A stretch of 64,000 bases of DNA from Mobula hypostoma (GCF_963921235.1 NC_086106.1:19096001-19160000); one strand, 5' to 3'. Counted from the stretch's first letter, positions 23,106 to 34,594 are shown. The notes: generated from the letters alone by a model not told the origin. Made by a program: numbers and translations.

Positions 23106-25865
23106 TTAATAATCCCTTACACCAGGCTCCAACTCAGCAAACTTTATAGTGGCCAAAAACACTGATGAATTGCGACCAATGTAACCTCTCATTTGGTTTT
23201 GTCCCGGACCACAATAACAAGGGTCGTCCCATTCCGACTCAATTTTCTCTCGCAAGGGCTTAGTAGGAGGGGGACGGGTATTGACCGCAGAGTTATTGCA
23301 AAACTTCCTGCAGTACCCCACCATCTCCAAGAGCCTTCTGAGGGCCCTCTTGTCTGTCGGGGTTGGGAGGTCAGCGATAGCCTGCACTGTAGCTTGCATC
23401 ACTGCCAGCTGCCCCTGTGTCACCACAATTCCCAGGTAAGTGCCCTTCGTGTGGCCGAATTCATTTTTTTCAAGGTTCACTATCAAGCTGGCTTCAGACA
23501 GCCGTGTTAAATTGCCAATACACACCTCTGTGTTCATCAGCCCTTTAGTCACTGAATTACTCAAAAAATATGGGTGTTGTTTACTTGGCTGCCCTATTGT
23601 AACCACATTCACCCAACGTCCCAGTTCTTTGCATTTCCTCGGGACAATCAAACACATGGGTGCGAGTCGTTTAATTACTCCTTCGGGGATTAAGGGAGAG
23701 ACCTTATCAGTAGACCTGGCCAAAACAATAGCCTTCTCCCATCTGACCGATCCCATCCTAATCTTTTCAAAATGGTTTTTTCCTCTTAGCAGGGGGCCCC
23801 TAGCTTCATTGAGTTCCACGCTAACACCGACCAGGTTTGTTAGCATATCAAAAACCGGTGACCGTCTCAGTTCGCGTCGGTCATGATCAATAACATTTTT
23901 CCCCCTGGGCAGCCGGTAAATCTCTTTCATGATTCCACCAACTGTTTCCTCCAGCACCGCAAAATGTCCACCGGGGGGTACCTCGTGGGCCATGTTAAAA
24001 ACCTCATCCCCATAACTCTTTTGCACCACCCCCCACTCCTCATCTGCGGATGCTGTACTTGATTTCCCTTTCTTCCTTAGCACCTCCTTATCCGCACAAT
24101 AGCTTGTCAAGGCTGTGTCAGAGAGAGCGGTCTCGGCAAAAACCATCAGCCCCTCGTCTCGCTCCTGCGTCTGCACAAATTCTTTCCTGGCTACTGCTAC
24201 GTCCGTCCCAGCTCCCTCACTACCTCTTATCTCACTACACCCTGTCTCATACAAGGTTGGCAGAAACGTTTCAGCCAAATTTACCACCACAGCTAAATTC
24301 ACTACCGCAGCCCTATGATAAACCTGTGAGTCCATGGGCGGGGCCTCAATGCTGGCAGGCTGACCTGTCAATCTCACTGCTGGGAACACGATTCCCCCGG
24401 CGATGTCATTACCGAGCAAGACTTCCACGTCTTTCATCGGTAATTCGGACCTCACCCCGATCGTGACTAGTCCAGAGACCAGGTTGCTCTGTAAATGTAT
24501 CTGGTGCAAAGGGACTGACTCTGTCCCTTCCCCAACACCTTTGACCTCTACCTCCCCAGTCTGGGTCTCTGAGCTAAACTCTAATACACTCTTCAGTATT
24601 AGTGACTGACACGCTCCCGTGTCTCTCCAGATCCGCACTGGAACTGGTTTTAACCTCTTTTTCACTGACACCAGTCCGGCCGAGATAAACCTCTCGCGCC
24701 CTTCCTGGACTTTTTCAGACCTGTCCTTCCCTAGCGGTTCGCTTAACAGCTCAATACAGCCATTCAAAATTTCCGCTTTTCCTTTCCCCGTCTCCTTTCT
24801 TGGGGCAAAGCACCTGGACGCAAAGTGTCCGACTTTCCCACAATTATAACAGACGACCCCAGGAGACTTCCTACCAGGCTGCTCCCGGTCTACCTTATCC
24901 TTTTCACTAGTCCCCGGCTTACTTTCTGACTTTTCCGGCGGACTCTCCCCGCCGTCCTGACTACCCTTCTGGTAGCCTTTACTCGGGGCAAACTTCATTT
25001 TATGCGTCAACGCATACTCATCCGCTAACTTAGCAGTTGCGGCTAACGTGGCTGCCTCTTTCTCATCGAGGTAGGGTCTCATACCCTCAGGGACACAACC
25101 TTTAAACTGCTCAATCAAAATCAGCTGCAGCAGTCTGTCATAATCCCCCTCTACCCCTTTCGAGGCGCACCAACGCTCACAATATGTTTGCATCTCGCGA
25201 GCAAACTCCAAATACGTGCGGTCCCACCGCTTCCTCGCATTCCGGAACCTCTGCCGGTATGCCTCCGGGACCAACTCATAAATCCTGAGGATGGCCTCCT
25301 TCACCACCTCATACTTCTGGGCATCTTCCGCGGATAAAGCGGAGTAAGCTTGTTGGGCTTTCCCTTTCAGTACACTCTGAAGTAAAACAACCCACTTATC
25401 CCTTGGCCAGTCCTGACTTATAGCTACTTTTTCGAAGTGGAGAAAGTACCGATCCACATCGGTATCGTCAAATGGGGGAACCAGCCTAACCTCCTGGGTC
25501 GCCCGGAACCCTCCACCTTGGTTCGGCACGAGCCCCTGCTCGTCCCTTATCTTTAACTTCTCCAGCTCAAATTCCCTTTCCCTCTGTTTCTCCTCTCTCT
25601 CCAACTGTCTTTCTCTCTCTTGCCTTTCTACCTCTTTCTCTCTCTCTTGCCTTTCTAACTCTTTCTCTCTCTCCCGCCTTTCTAACTCTCTCTCTTTCTC
25701 CTGCCTTTCTAACTCTCTCTCCTGCCTTTGTAACTGCTTCTCTTCGTGTTCTAACTGCCGTACCCGGAACTCGTGCTCGAGTCTCAGTTTTTCAAGCTGT
25801 ACCTGTACTGCGTCTCCAGCAGGTTTTTCAACAGACACCTCCCCCAGCTCACCTTGGGGAAACAC
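23106..25865 (-). CDS. Gag-protease-deltaIN-deltaRT polyprotein frame (919 codons); the natural ATG (26022) is out of frame
   Basis: E/R-rich coiled coil; SCAN-related capsid (VPPFDD...YFLHFEK...LIEQF); CYNCGKVGHFASRC knuckle; RDTGACQS protease; AHEVPPGGH IN remnant; RT remnant with YxDD replaced by CIGN. The ORF call starts at GTG. The ATG at 26022 gives a 50-aa peptide ending at 25870. Confidence 0.8.
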   Translation of the reverse strand: MFPQGELGEVSVEKPAGDAVQVQLEKLRLEHEFRVRQLEHEEKQLQRQERELERQEKERELERREREKELERQEREKEVERQERERQLEREEKQREREFELEKLKIRDEQGLVPNQGGGFRATQEVRLVPPFDDTDVDRYFLHFEKVAISQDWPRDKWVVLLQSVLKGKAQQAYSALSAEDAQKYEVVKEAILRIYELVPEAYRQRFRNARKRWDRTYLEFAREMQTYCERWCASKGVEGDYDRLLQLILIEQFKGCVPEGMRPYLDEKEAATLAATAKLADEYALTHKMKFAPSKGYQKGSQDGGESPPEKSESKPGTSEKDKVDREQPGRKSPGVVCYNCGKVGHFASRCFAPRKETGKGKAEILNGCIELLSEPLGKDRSEKVQEGRERFISAGLVSVKKRLKPVPVRIWRDTGACQSLILKSVLEFSSETQTGEVEVKGVGEGTESVPLHQIHLQSNLVSGLVTIGVRSELPMKDVEVLLGNDIAGGIVFPAVRLTGQPASIEAPPMDSQVYHRAAVVNLAVVVNLAETFLPTLYETGCSEIRGSEGAGTDVAVARKEFVQTQERDEGLMVFAETALSDTALTSYCADKEVLRKKGKSSTASADEEWGVVQKSYGDEVFNMAHEVPPGGHFAVLEETVGGIMKEIYRLPRGKNVIDHDRRELRRSPVFDMLTNLVGVSVELNEARGPLLRGKNHFEKIRMGSVRWEKAIVLARSTDKVSPLIPEGVIKRLAPMCLIVPRKCKELGRWVNVVTIGQPSKQHPYFLSNSVTKGLMNTEVCIGNLTRLSEASLIVNLEKNEFGHTKGTYLGIVVTQGQLAVMQATVQAIADLPTPTDKRALRRLLEMVGYCRKFCNNSAVNTRPPPTKPLREKIESEWDDPCYCGPGQNQMRGYIGRNSSVFLATIKFAELEPGVRDY
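25565..25760 (-). repeat. Imperfect ~27-nt coding tandem repeat (ERELERQEKE-like) in gag
   Basis: Repeated CTTTCTAACTCTCTCTC/CTGCC units. Confidence 0.8.
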
Positions 25866-26098
25866 ACCTTTAGATACATAGTGCTCTGTGTATCTCCTCT
25901 CTCCTCATTGTCGACTTCACCTTAGCAAGATTCACCCGTTTGGCCACAGCTATCAATTCCGATTTCCTGGCATCCTCTAATGCCTCCAAGGTCGGCGCCT
26001 TTATAAATTCCTCAACCTCCATTTCTGCTGTTTGTCTTTTCTTTCTTTCGGGAATTTTAACCCAATCAATTTACTCCGTCCCAAATTTAGCGTTCAAA

Positions 26099-26117
26099 AT
26101 CGCGGACGAGAACCCCA
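26099..26117 (-). promoter_or_regulatory. Primer-binding site, tRNA-Pro-like
   Basis: Minus strand TGGGGTTCTCGTCCGCGAT, 4 nt from the LTR. Resembles the tRNA-Pro PBS TGGGGGCTCGTCCGGGAT. Confidence 0.75.
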
Positions 26118-26121
26118 CTTA

Positions 26122-26978
26122 TGTTACGTACCCCGTAACTGGGTTGCCAAACCAGCAGAAATGGATCACTCAGTTGGAGTCTGGAGTACTAGAACTAAGA
26201 AAGTTTTATTAAAGAAACAAGCAACACAGTAATCGAAAGGATAATAAATGCAACAGTTCAGTGATGATAAACACACATGTGCACAGAAGTAAGATAACAG
26301 CATCAATCAAGCTCTATCGTTGTCTAGGGGTAAATGACCAATTTCAAAATGACTCAAAGTTCAGTCCAGTTTGTAGTTCAGTTCGCAGTAATCGTTGCCA
26401 TGGCGGTGGACAACGTGGGGGAAGAGAGACATAGAATAGGAACAACTGATCATTCAGAACGGCTTCACTCACAGACCAGCGGGATGGCTCACAAACAGCA
26501 TTTGGGCGGGTCCTTGGTGATGTCACCTGAGGTCACCGACTGTGACCCCTCCTCCAGATGCGGTCGATCCTCTGCAGTGAACCCGGCACCCAGGCAAGGG
26601 CGGACACACACCGGGTTCCCGCTGATCGTACCTTTCCACCCTTGTCGTTGTCTGGTACTTCTCACCCACTCGTGAGAAGCGCACCGCTTCCAGGGTCTCG
26701 TTACCTCGGGTGGCGTGTGTCTGTCTTAGCGAACCTGTCCCTTTTTATCCCCCTGCTGGGGTATCGCCTGTCCATCACTTCAAACAGTTCAGGGTTCAAA
26801 GGGGGGAGCCGCTCCAGACAGCTCTCTCTCCCACATCCCTTCATTACACATCTCCAGACGCTGCTCCATTGTTCCTTATCTCTCCTTCCCCTGAGGACAG
26901 GTGGCAGAACAACTGCTGATGCCACTGATGCTAGCCCAGGCCAGCAAACATCTTAATTTTATGTGTATTCTCGTAACA
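26122..26978 (-). repeat. 5' LTR of the Gmr1-like element
   Basis: TATA-like GATAAAAA (minus, about 26745) and AATAAA (minus, about 26205). Near-identical to 22076-22932. Confidence 0.95.
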
Positions 26979-28504
26979 CATGAAACACTAGATTCTGGAA
27001 TGGTTCTGGAAGACTGGAAAATTCCAAATGTCACGCCGCTTTTCAAGAAGGAAAGAGGCAGAAGAAAGGAAATTGTAGGCCAGTTATTCTGACCTCAGGG
27101 GTTGGGAAGAAGTTGTAGTCGATTGCTAAGGTTGTGGTTTCCGGATACTTGGAGGCACATGATAAAATAGGCTGTAGTCAGCATGGTTTTCTCAAGGAAC
27201 ACCTTGCCATAGAAATCTGTTGGAATTCTTTGAAGAAATATCAAGTAGAATAGACAAAGAAGAATTGGTGGATATTGTGTACTTGGATTTTCAGAAGGGC
27301 TTTGACAAGTTGCTGCACACGAGGCTGCTTAACAAGTTAAGCGATCAAGATATTACAGCAAAGACACTAGCATGGATAAAGTGGCTGATTGACATGAGGC
27401 AAAGAATGGGAATAAAGGGAGCCTTTTCTGTTTGGCTGCCGATGACCAGTGGTGGGACTGCTCCCTTTAACATAAAACGTCAAAGTCTTGGATGACAGGA
27501 TTGATGGCTTTGTTGCAATGTTTGCACATGATACAAGATGGGTGGAGGGGCAGGTAGTTTTGAGGAAGTAGAGAGGCTACAGAAGGACGAAGCCAGATTG
27601 GTAGAATGGGCAATGAACTGGCAGATGGAATACAATGTTCGGAATTGTACGGTCATGCACTTTGGTAGAAGAACTAAAAGGGCAGACAATTTTCTAAATG
27701 GGCAGAAAATTCAAAAATCTGAGGTGCAAATGAACTTGGGAGTCATTGTGTGGGCTTCACGAAAGGTTAATTTGCAGGTTGAGTGGGTGGTGAGGAAGGC
27801 AAAAGTGATGTCAGCATTCATTTGAAGAGGACTACAAGATAAAAGCAAGGATGTAATGTTGAGGCTTTACAAAGCACTGGTGAGGCCTAATGGAGTACTG
27901 TGAGCAATTTTGGGCCCTTTATCTGAGAAAAAATGTGCTGACATAGTGGGGAGTGCAAAGGAGATTCTCAAAAATGATTCTGGGATTGAAAGGCTTATCA
28001 CATGGAGAGCATTTCACATGCTCACTGGAATTCAGAAGAATGAAGGGTGACCTTATTGAAACTGATCAAATGTTGAAAAGCCATGTTAAGAGTGGATGTG
28101 GAGAGAATGTTTCCCATGACTGGAGAGTCTAAGACCAGATGGCACAGCCTCAGAATAGAGGGGTTTAATTTAGAAGATGAATTCACTGCCACAGGTGGCT
28201 GTGGAGGCCAAGTCTCGGCATATTCAAGTTAGAGGTTGATAGATTCTTGATTAATCAGGGTATGAAGCAATATGCGTAGTAGACAGACAATTGGGGCTGA
28301 GAGGGAAAATGGATCAGCCATGATAAAATCGTGGAACAGACTCGATGGGCCAAATGGCCTTGGGGTAGATTAGGATTAGTGAGCAAGGCTATGTGTGTGA
28401 GAGATTATGTCTCATGGATTTCCTCTGTTTAGTCCTGCTCCACCTTCCATAAGACCATAAGGTTTCTCTCTTTCTGTTCCCATTAGTTCATTCCTCATCT
28501 ATTA

Positions 28505-28760
28505 GGGCATAGTAGCTTAGTAGGAATGGCTCCAGGGGCAGTGTTTTGCACTCTGTGTGGGATGTGGGAAGTCTGGGAGACTCCAGTCTCCCAGGTGAAC
28601 ACATCTGCTCCAGGTGCACCGAGTTGCAGCAACTGAGAGAATGTATTCAGGAACTGGAATGCAGTGATGATAGGAGATTCCTCAGACAGCGGGACAGAGA
28701 CAAGGTTTGTGGGCACGATTGAATGTCCCAGGCTGTAACTATCAGGACTACTAAGACCGT
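28505..28760 (+). mobile_element. CR1 ORF1 fragment
   Basis: Translates MAPGAVFCTLCGMWEVWET...ICSRCTELQQLRECIQELE, homologous to the ORF at 6943. Confidence 0.7.
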
Positions 28761-28829
28761 CCAGTATCGGGAGGACTGTGACGGTAGCAGTCACTACTCC
28801 CAATCCCATTGATTCATCGGTCAGTTCAA

Positions 28830-30180
28830 CATCCAGAATCAGAAATAGAATCAGGTTTATTATCATCGGCATGTGTCGTGAAATTTGTTGACTTAGCAGC
28901 AGCAGTTCAATGCAATACATAATATAAAAGAAAAAATAATTACTTTATACTTTATTGTCACCAAATAATTGATACTAGAACACACAAGCATCACAGCGAT
29001 ATTTGATTCTGCACTTCCCGCTCCCTGGAGTACAAATTGATAGTAAATATTAAAATTGAAATTGTAAATCATGAATAGAAAATAGAAATGGAAAGTAAGG
29101 TAGTGGAAAAAAACCGAGAGGCAGGACCGGATATTTGGAGGGTACGGCCCAGATCCGGGTCGTAATAAATAAATAAATTTCAGTATGTGTATATTGAATA
29201 CATTAAAAATCATGCATGAACAGAAATAATATATATTAACCAAGTGAGGGAGTGCTCGAGGGTTCAATGTCCATTTAGGAATCGGATGGCAGAGGGGAAG
29301 AAGCTGTTCCTGAATCGCTGAGTGTGAGCCTTCAGGCTTCTGTACGTCCCACTGATGGTAAAAGTGAGAAAAGGGAATGGTCTGGGTGCTGGGTGTCCTT
29401 AATAATGGACGCTGTCTCTCTGAGACACCGCTCATTGAAGATGTCCTGGGTACTTTGTAGGCTCGTACCCAGGTTGGAGCCGACTAAATTTATGACCCTT
29501 CTTTCGGTCCGGTGCAGTAGTCCCCCCAATACCAGACAGTGATACAGTCAGTCAGACTGCTCTCCACAGTACATCAATAGAAGTTTCTGAGTGTTTTTGT
29601 TGACAGACCAAATCTCTTCGAACTCTTCAAGTAAATCTCTTCAGACAAAATCTCTTCAAGTATATTCACTGTCTTGCCTTCATTGTAACTGAACCGATAT
29701 GATGGGACCAGGTTAGATCCTCAGAGATCTTGACACCCAGGAACTTGAAACTGCTCGTTCTCTCCACTTCTGATCCCTCTATGAGGATTGGTATGTGTTC
29801 CTACGTCTTACCCTTCCTGAAGTCCACAATCAGCTTTTTCATCTTACTGATGTTGAGTGCAAGGTTGTTGCTGTGACACCACTCCCCTGGTTGGTGTATC
29901 TCGCTCCTGTACGCCCCCTCACCTCCATCTGAGATTCCACCAACAATACAATGGTTGTATCATCAGCAAATTTATGGATGGTATTTGAGCAATGCTGAGC
30001 CACGGTCATGGGTATAGAGAGGGTAGAACAGTGAGCTAAGCACACACCCGTGAGGTGCCCCAGTGTTGATCATCAGCGAGGAGGAGACATTATTGTCAAT
30101 CTGCACATATTGGTCTTCCAGTTAAGAAGTTGAGCATCTAATTGCAGAGGGAGGTACACAGGCCCAGGTTCTGGAACTTA
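28830..30180 (-). mobile_element. Rex1/Babar LINE 3' part, with a 220-bp extra module in the 3' UTR
   Basis: KFADDTT (ORF 29839), SLLPS motif, and (CAGAAT)n terminus at about 28835. Extra module at 28941-29160 is also found at 63717-63938. Confidence 0.8.
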
Positions 30181-30639
30181 TCTCTCGCTGCAAAAGTTGA
30201 GCCAACCCATACCTGCAACTGTCTTGTACGGTTGCCCACTCAGTTCCGGGTGGATCCAGCAACAGACTGTGGATTTACAGATGAGGATATGGGATCATGT
30301 GTAAAAGAGGACCAAAGAGATTCCTGCATATTCTGGGGAACTTGCAGCCAAGCTTAAGAACACAGCTACCAGGTCTCACGTAATGGAACAGACTCCATTA
30401 TGCCGAGCTTTGAAGCCTATTGGCTGGAGGGAACGTACCCCCTGTAAAGTCTTGCTGCCGTTGCCTGAGGATTCCGATTGGGATTTGGACTCTGATTTGG
30501 CTTGTTTCCACAAATGAGCTTCGTGAGCCTTGGGAGCCGACTCTGAGGTTGGGTGAAGCACCCTGTCACCTAAAAAAACAAAGGGGTCATCCTCGAAAGA
30601 AGGTCCCAAGGGGTTAGCACACCCAAACCCGTTGAAAGT

Positions 30640-31210
30640 GCTTCCATCTACAAGGACATGGAGGAGGTCTTCAGCAAGGGAAAGGCATCAACTCTTCCAC
30701 CACACCAACCCCACAACTGTGCGATAGACCTGCAGCCCGGAACCTGTCCCCCAAGGGGTTGATTGTCTGTGCTCTTGGGCCCAGAGAGAAGTGTAATGGA
30801 AGATTATATCAAGGAGGCTCTTGCCACAGGCTTCATTCAGCCCTCCACCACACCTGCTGGCACAGGCTTCTTCCTTGCACAAAAGAAGGATGGGAGCCTG
30901 CAATGATGCATTAATTATAGGGAATTCAACTGCAAGATGGCCAAAAATCACTATCCCCTACCACTCATGAATATAGACCATTGATGTGGGTTGTTACAAC
31001 ACCTTACAGCATTCAGCGCATGGGTTATCACTGTTAAAGTGAGTTTGGTTATCCTCTGCCTCTCTTTACATACAAGGAGGCAGAGGTTGGGGTCCCTGAG
31101 GCCGAAGATTTCATCCAACGCTGCAAGCAGAAATGGATTAGGACAAGAGAAACTTTGCAGCTCCCCAAAACTCCAAAGATCAATCCCACCTTCCACATCT
31201 CTAAGGAAAA
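30640..31210 (+). mobile_element. Highly deleted Gypsy (sushi/chromovirus-like) pol remnants
   Basis: [26 protein letters not shown]...[15 protein letters not shown]...KKDGSL (RT N-terminus), then VGVPEAEDFIQRCKQKW and INPTFHIS (IN C-terminus). Confidence 0.75.
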
Positions 31211-31317
31211 AGTATTCGAAAGGCAAGATGACTCAGCCATGCCGAAGAAGGAAAGTCAAGGCCAACATAAAACCAAAGAGAGGGCATATAACTGAGCAGA
31301 AATTATTGAGAAGTTAG

Positions 31318-32464
31318 TGTTATAAACTGGGCATGGATGGCGGACCCAAAAGCAAGACAGAGACGAGGTTTATCGAGATAGGAAGGTGAGTAAGGAAGAA
31401 ACAATGCTGGACATTGATACGGGCCCTGGATGAGACTAGGATTCAGGGCCTAGGCTAGGACTTGGACTAGAAACACAGGACCCGGACAGGGAACTAGGAA
31501 CGAGCAGCCTGGACTAGGAACATGGAACTCTGGAACGAGAACCTGGACAAGGACCCGGAACCTGGGTCTTGGTTTGGACTCGGACTCAGAACCGGAACCC
31601 GGGTCTGGGCTAGGACTCGGGACTAAGATCTTGGCAAGGACAGGACATGGCTACAGGACAGGACGAGGAAGCCCTGGGCTAGCCGAGGAACCGGAACTAG
31701 ATGAGGACACGAAGCTCAGATTTGGACCAGGCTTGGTCTTGGAACACAGAGCCTTGGACTTGAGATACTCCAGGGCAGGACGTGGCTCTTGGACTAGGTC
31801 TGGCTCAGCTCATGGACTCGGCTTTGTTAGGCTCTGGGACGCGGGGCCGGGACCCTTTCTGGGACGCGGGGCCGGGACCCTTTCTGGGACGCGGGGTCGG
31901 GACCCTTTCTGCTGAGGACACTTGCTGAGGGAACTGCCGAGGTAAACTGCCAAGGGACTCCTGGACTGGATGAGAACACAAAGCCTTGACTTGGACAGGA
32001 CTGGAACACAGCGCCTGGAACACAGAACACAGAACACAGAGCCAGGGATCCTCCTTGAGAACAGGACTTAGGGCCGGGACTTTACACAGAGTCAGGACCC
32101 CTCCTTGGGAACAATACCTAGGGCCGGGACTCTTCTTTGACACAGACACTAAACACGGGGACACAAAGAGATAGTTCCAAACTCAACAATAAATAGTTCC
32201 TTATCTTGGCATGGCAAGGCTCCGGTCTCACTCTGGCAGTTGAACTTGACAGGGATGCAGGCAGGGCTTCAGAAGGAAGGGGAAGGGAACAGTCCAGCAG
32301 GGAATTCTTGGTTTGACAGGTATTTATGTGCCAGCCCAAAATGAGAATCAGGTGCCTCAATTAAGGCACCCAATAGAACCTGGGAAAACAGGGAAAACCC
32401 GGAATATGGATCGAAGGACCGGACAATGAACCGGAATGCAGACTTCACGGACAAGACCATGACA
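31318..32464 (-). mobile_element. Solo LTR (~1.15 kb)
   Basis: TG...CA ends (TGTTAT/ATGACA). 5-bp TSD GTTAG/GTTGG (1 mismatch). TATA-like ATAAATA on the minus strand at about 32322. Confidence 0.8.
31836..31910. repeat. 25-bp minisatellite x3 inside the solo LTR
   Basis: GGGACGCGGGGCCGGGACCCTTTCT three times, with one substitution. Confidence 0.95.
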
Positions 32465-33419
32465 GTTGGAGGACTGGGAAGCTTTTGAGAACCAGCATAA
32501 GTTAACTGAAAAAGTCTGTAAGAAGGTAAAGGTGGAATACGAAAGTAAGCTAGCCAATAATATTAATGAGGATACCAACAGTCTCTTCAGATATATGAAG
32601 TGTAAAAGAGAGGTGAGAGGTCATATTGGCCCACTGGAAAACGATGCTGGGAGGGTGGTAATGAGGGACAAGGAAATGGCCGAAGAACTGAATAAATACA
32701 TTTCATCAGTCTTCACTGTGGAAGACACAAGCAGTATGGTAGAAGTTCCAGATGTCAGGGGTCATGAAGTGTGCTACCATTACCATGGAGAAGATTCTTG
32801 AGAAACTGAGGTAGATGAGTCACCTGGAGCAGATGGTGTACACCACAACATTCAGAAAGAGGTGGCTGAAGACAATATAGAGGCATTAGTAATGATCTTT
32901 CAAGAAGCACTGGATTCTGGAATGGAGGACTGGAAAATTGCAAATGTCACTCCACTCTTCAAGAAGGGAGAGAGAGAGAAGAAAGGAAATTATTGGCCAG
33001 TTTGTCATAGGGGAGGGGCAGGTAGTTTTTAGGGAGGCTACAGAAAGACTTAAGCAGATTAGCAGACTGGGCAAAGAAGTGACAGATGGAATACAATGTC
33101 AGCAATTGCATGCTCATGCTCTTTGGTAGAAGAAATTAAAGCTTTAACTTTTGACCAGGTGGACAGAAAATACAAAATTCTGAGGCACAAAGGAATTTGA
33201 GAGCCCTTGAGCGGGATTCTCTGAAGGTTAATTTGCAGGTTGAGTCTGTGGTGAGGAAGGCAAATGAGATGTTAGCATTCATTTCCAGAGGACTGGAATA
33301 TGAAAACAAGGATATAATGTTGAGACTTTATAAAACACTGTTGAGGCTTCACTTCATCTTCCATCAGATTTTATTATCTTCAGCCTTTTGTCACTCCCAC
33401 CCATCACCTACCAAGGGGA

Positions 33420-33915
33420 ACAGTTTTCAGGACATCGGAGTCTCTCTTCCCGCCAATACAGATATTTACACCACATGCTGCATCCGTAAAGCAAACAGCA
33501 TTATGAAGGACCACATGCACCCCTCATACAAACTCTTCTCCCTTCTGTAATCTGGCAAAAGGCACCGAAGCGATCAGGCTCTCACGACCAGACTATGTAA
33601 CAGTTTCTTCCCCCAAGCCATCAGACTCCTCAATACCCAGAGCCTGGACTGGCACCAACCTACTGCCCTCTACTGTGCCTATTGTCTTGTTTATTAGTTA
33701 TTGTAATGCCTGCACTGTTTTGTGCACTTTATGCAGTCCTGGGTAGATCTGTAGTCTAGTGTAGTTTTTGTGTTGTTTTACGTAGTTCAGTGTCGTTTTT
33801 GTATTGTTTCATGTAGCACCATGGTCCTGAAAAACGTTGTCTTGTTTTTACTGTGTAGTGTACCAGCAGTTATGGTCGAAATGACAATAAAAAGTGACGA
33901 CTTGACTTGCTTGAA
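33420..33915 (+). mobile_element. Rex1/Babar-type LINE 3' end (second subfamily, (GACTT)n tail)
   Basis: KANSIMKDHMHPSYKLFSLL; AGTTTCTTCCCCCAAGCCATCAG; AATAAAAAGTGACGACTTGACTTG. Confidence 0.7.
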
Positions 33916-34590
33916 AGTTAACCTTTATATTTTGGTAGGACTAATCAAAATAGGGCATACATGGTAAATGGTACGGCATTGAAGAATGCAGTAGAACAGA
34001 GTGATCCAGGAATAATGGTGCATAGTTCCCTGAAGGTAGAATCTCATGTGGATAGGGTGGTGAAGAAAGCTTTTGGTATGCTGACCTTCATAAATCAGAG
34101 CACTGAGTAGAGTACAGAGAAGATTTACTAGAATGTTACCTGGGTTTCAGCACCTGATTTACAAAGAAAGGTTGAACAAGTTAGGTCTTTATTCTTTGGA
34201 GCGTAGAAGGTTGAGGGGGGACTTGATAGAGGTATTTAAAATTATGAGTGGGACAGATAGAGTTAACATGGATAAGCTTTTTCCATTGAGAGTAGGGGAG
34301 ATTCAAACAAGAGGACATGAGTTGAGAGTTAGGGGGCAAAAGTTTAGGGGTAACACGAAGGGGAACTTCTTTACTCAGAGAGTGGTGGCTGTGTGGAATG
34401 AGCTTCCAGTAGAAGTGGTAAAGGCAGGTTCGATATTGTCATTTAAAGCAAAATTGGATAGGTATATGGACAGGAAAGGAATGGAGGGTTATGGGCTGAG
34501 TGCAGGTCGGTGGGACTAGGTGAGAGTAAGCGTTTGGCACGGACTAGAAGGACCGAGATGGCCTGTTTCCGTGCTGTAATTGTTATATGG
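33915..34590 (+). mobile_element. CR1 3' end
   Basis: ORF 34133-34519 (RLNKLGLYSLERRRLRGDL...FFTQRVV). Confidence 0.85.
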
Positions 34591-34594
34591 TTAT

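Larger units (their letters stand above)
22076..26978 (-). mobile_element. Gmr1-clade Ty3/Gypsy LTR retrotransposon, non-autonomous, recently inserted
   Basis: Two 857-bp LTRs with TGTTACG...CGTAACA termini. CATG TSD at 22072-22075 and 26979-26982. PBS, PPT, and gag-PR-IN(remnant)-RT(remnant) order. Confidence 0.93.
21170..28360 (+). mobile_element. Decayed CR1 pieces flanking the Gmr1 element (21170-22075 and 26979-28360)
   Basis: CR1 linker at 21800-22075 continues as CATGAAACACTAGATTCTGGAATGG after the LTR. RT remnants in ORFs 27220 and 27538. Confidence 0.75.
31210..33340 (+). mobile_element. Decayed CR1 split by a solo LTR (31210-31317 and 32465-33340)
   Basis: The CR1 linker reads through GAAGTTAG|GTTGGAGGACTGGGAAG. 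ORF 32466 reads EDWEAFENQ...GPLENDAG. Confidence 0.75.

Noticed and set aside
23193-24849. Several plus-strand ORFs (105-148 aa)
   Set aside because: Antisense shadows of the long gag-pro frame.
28893-29435. 180-aa ORF with a near-identical partner at 63532-63816
   Set aside because: Out-of-frame read-through of the Rex1 3' end and UTR module; low-complexity and no domain.
31836-31910. Direct repeats resembling a CRISPR array (also 55250-55400)
   Set aside because: Head-to-tail repeats without unique spacers, no cas genes, and a eukaryotic TE context.
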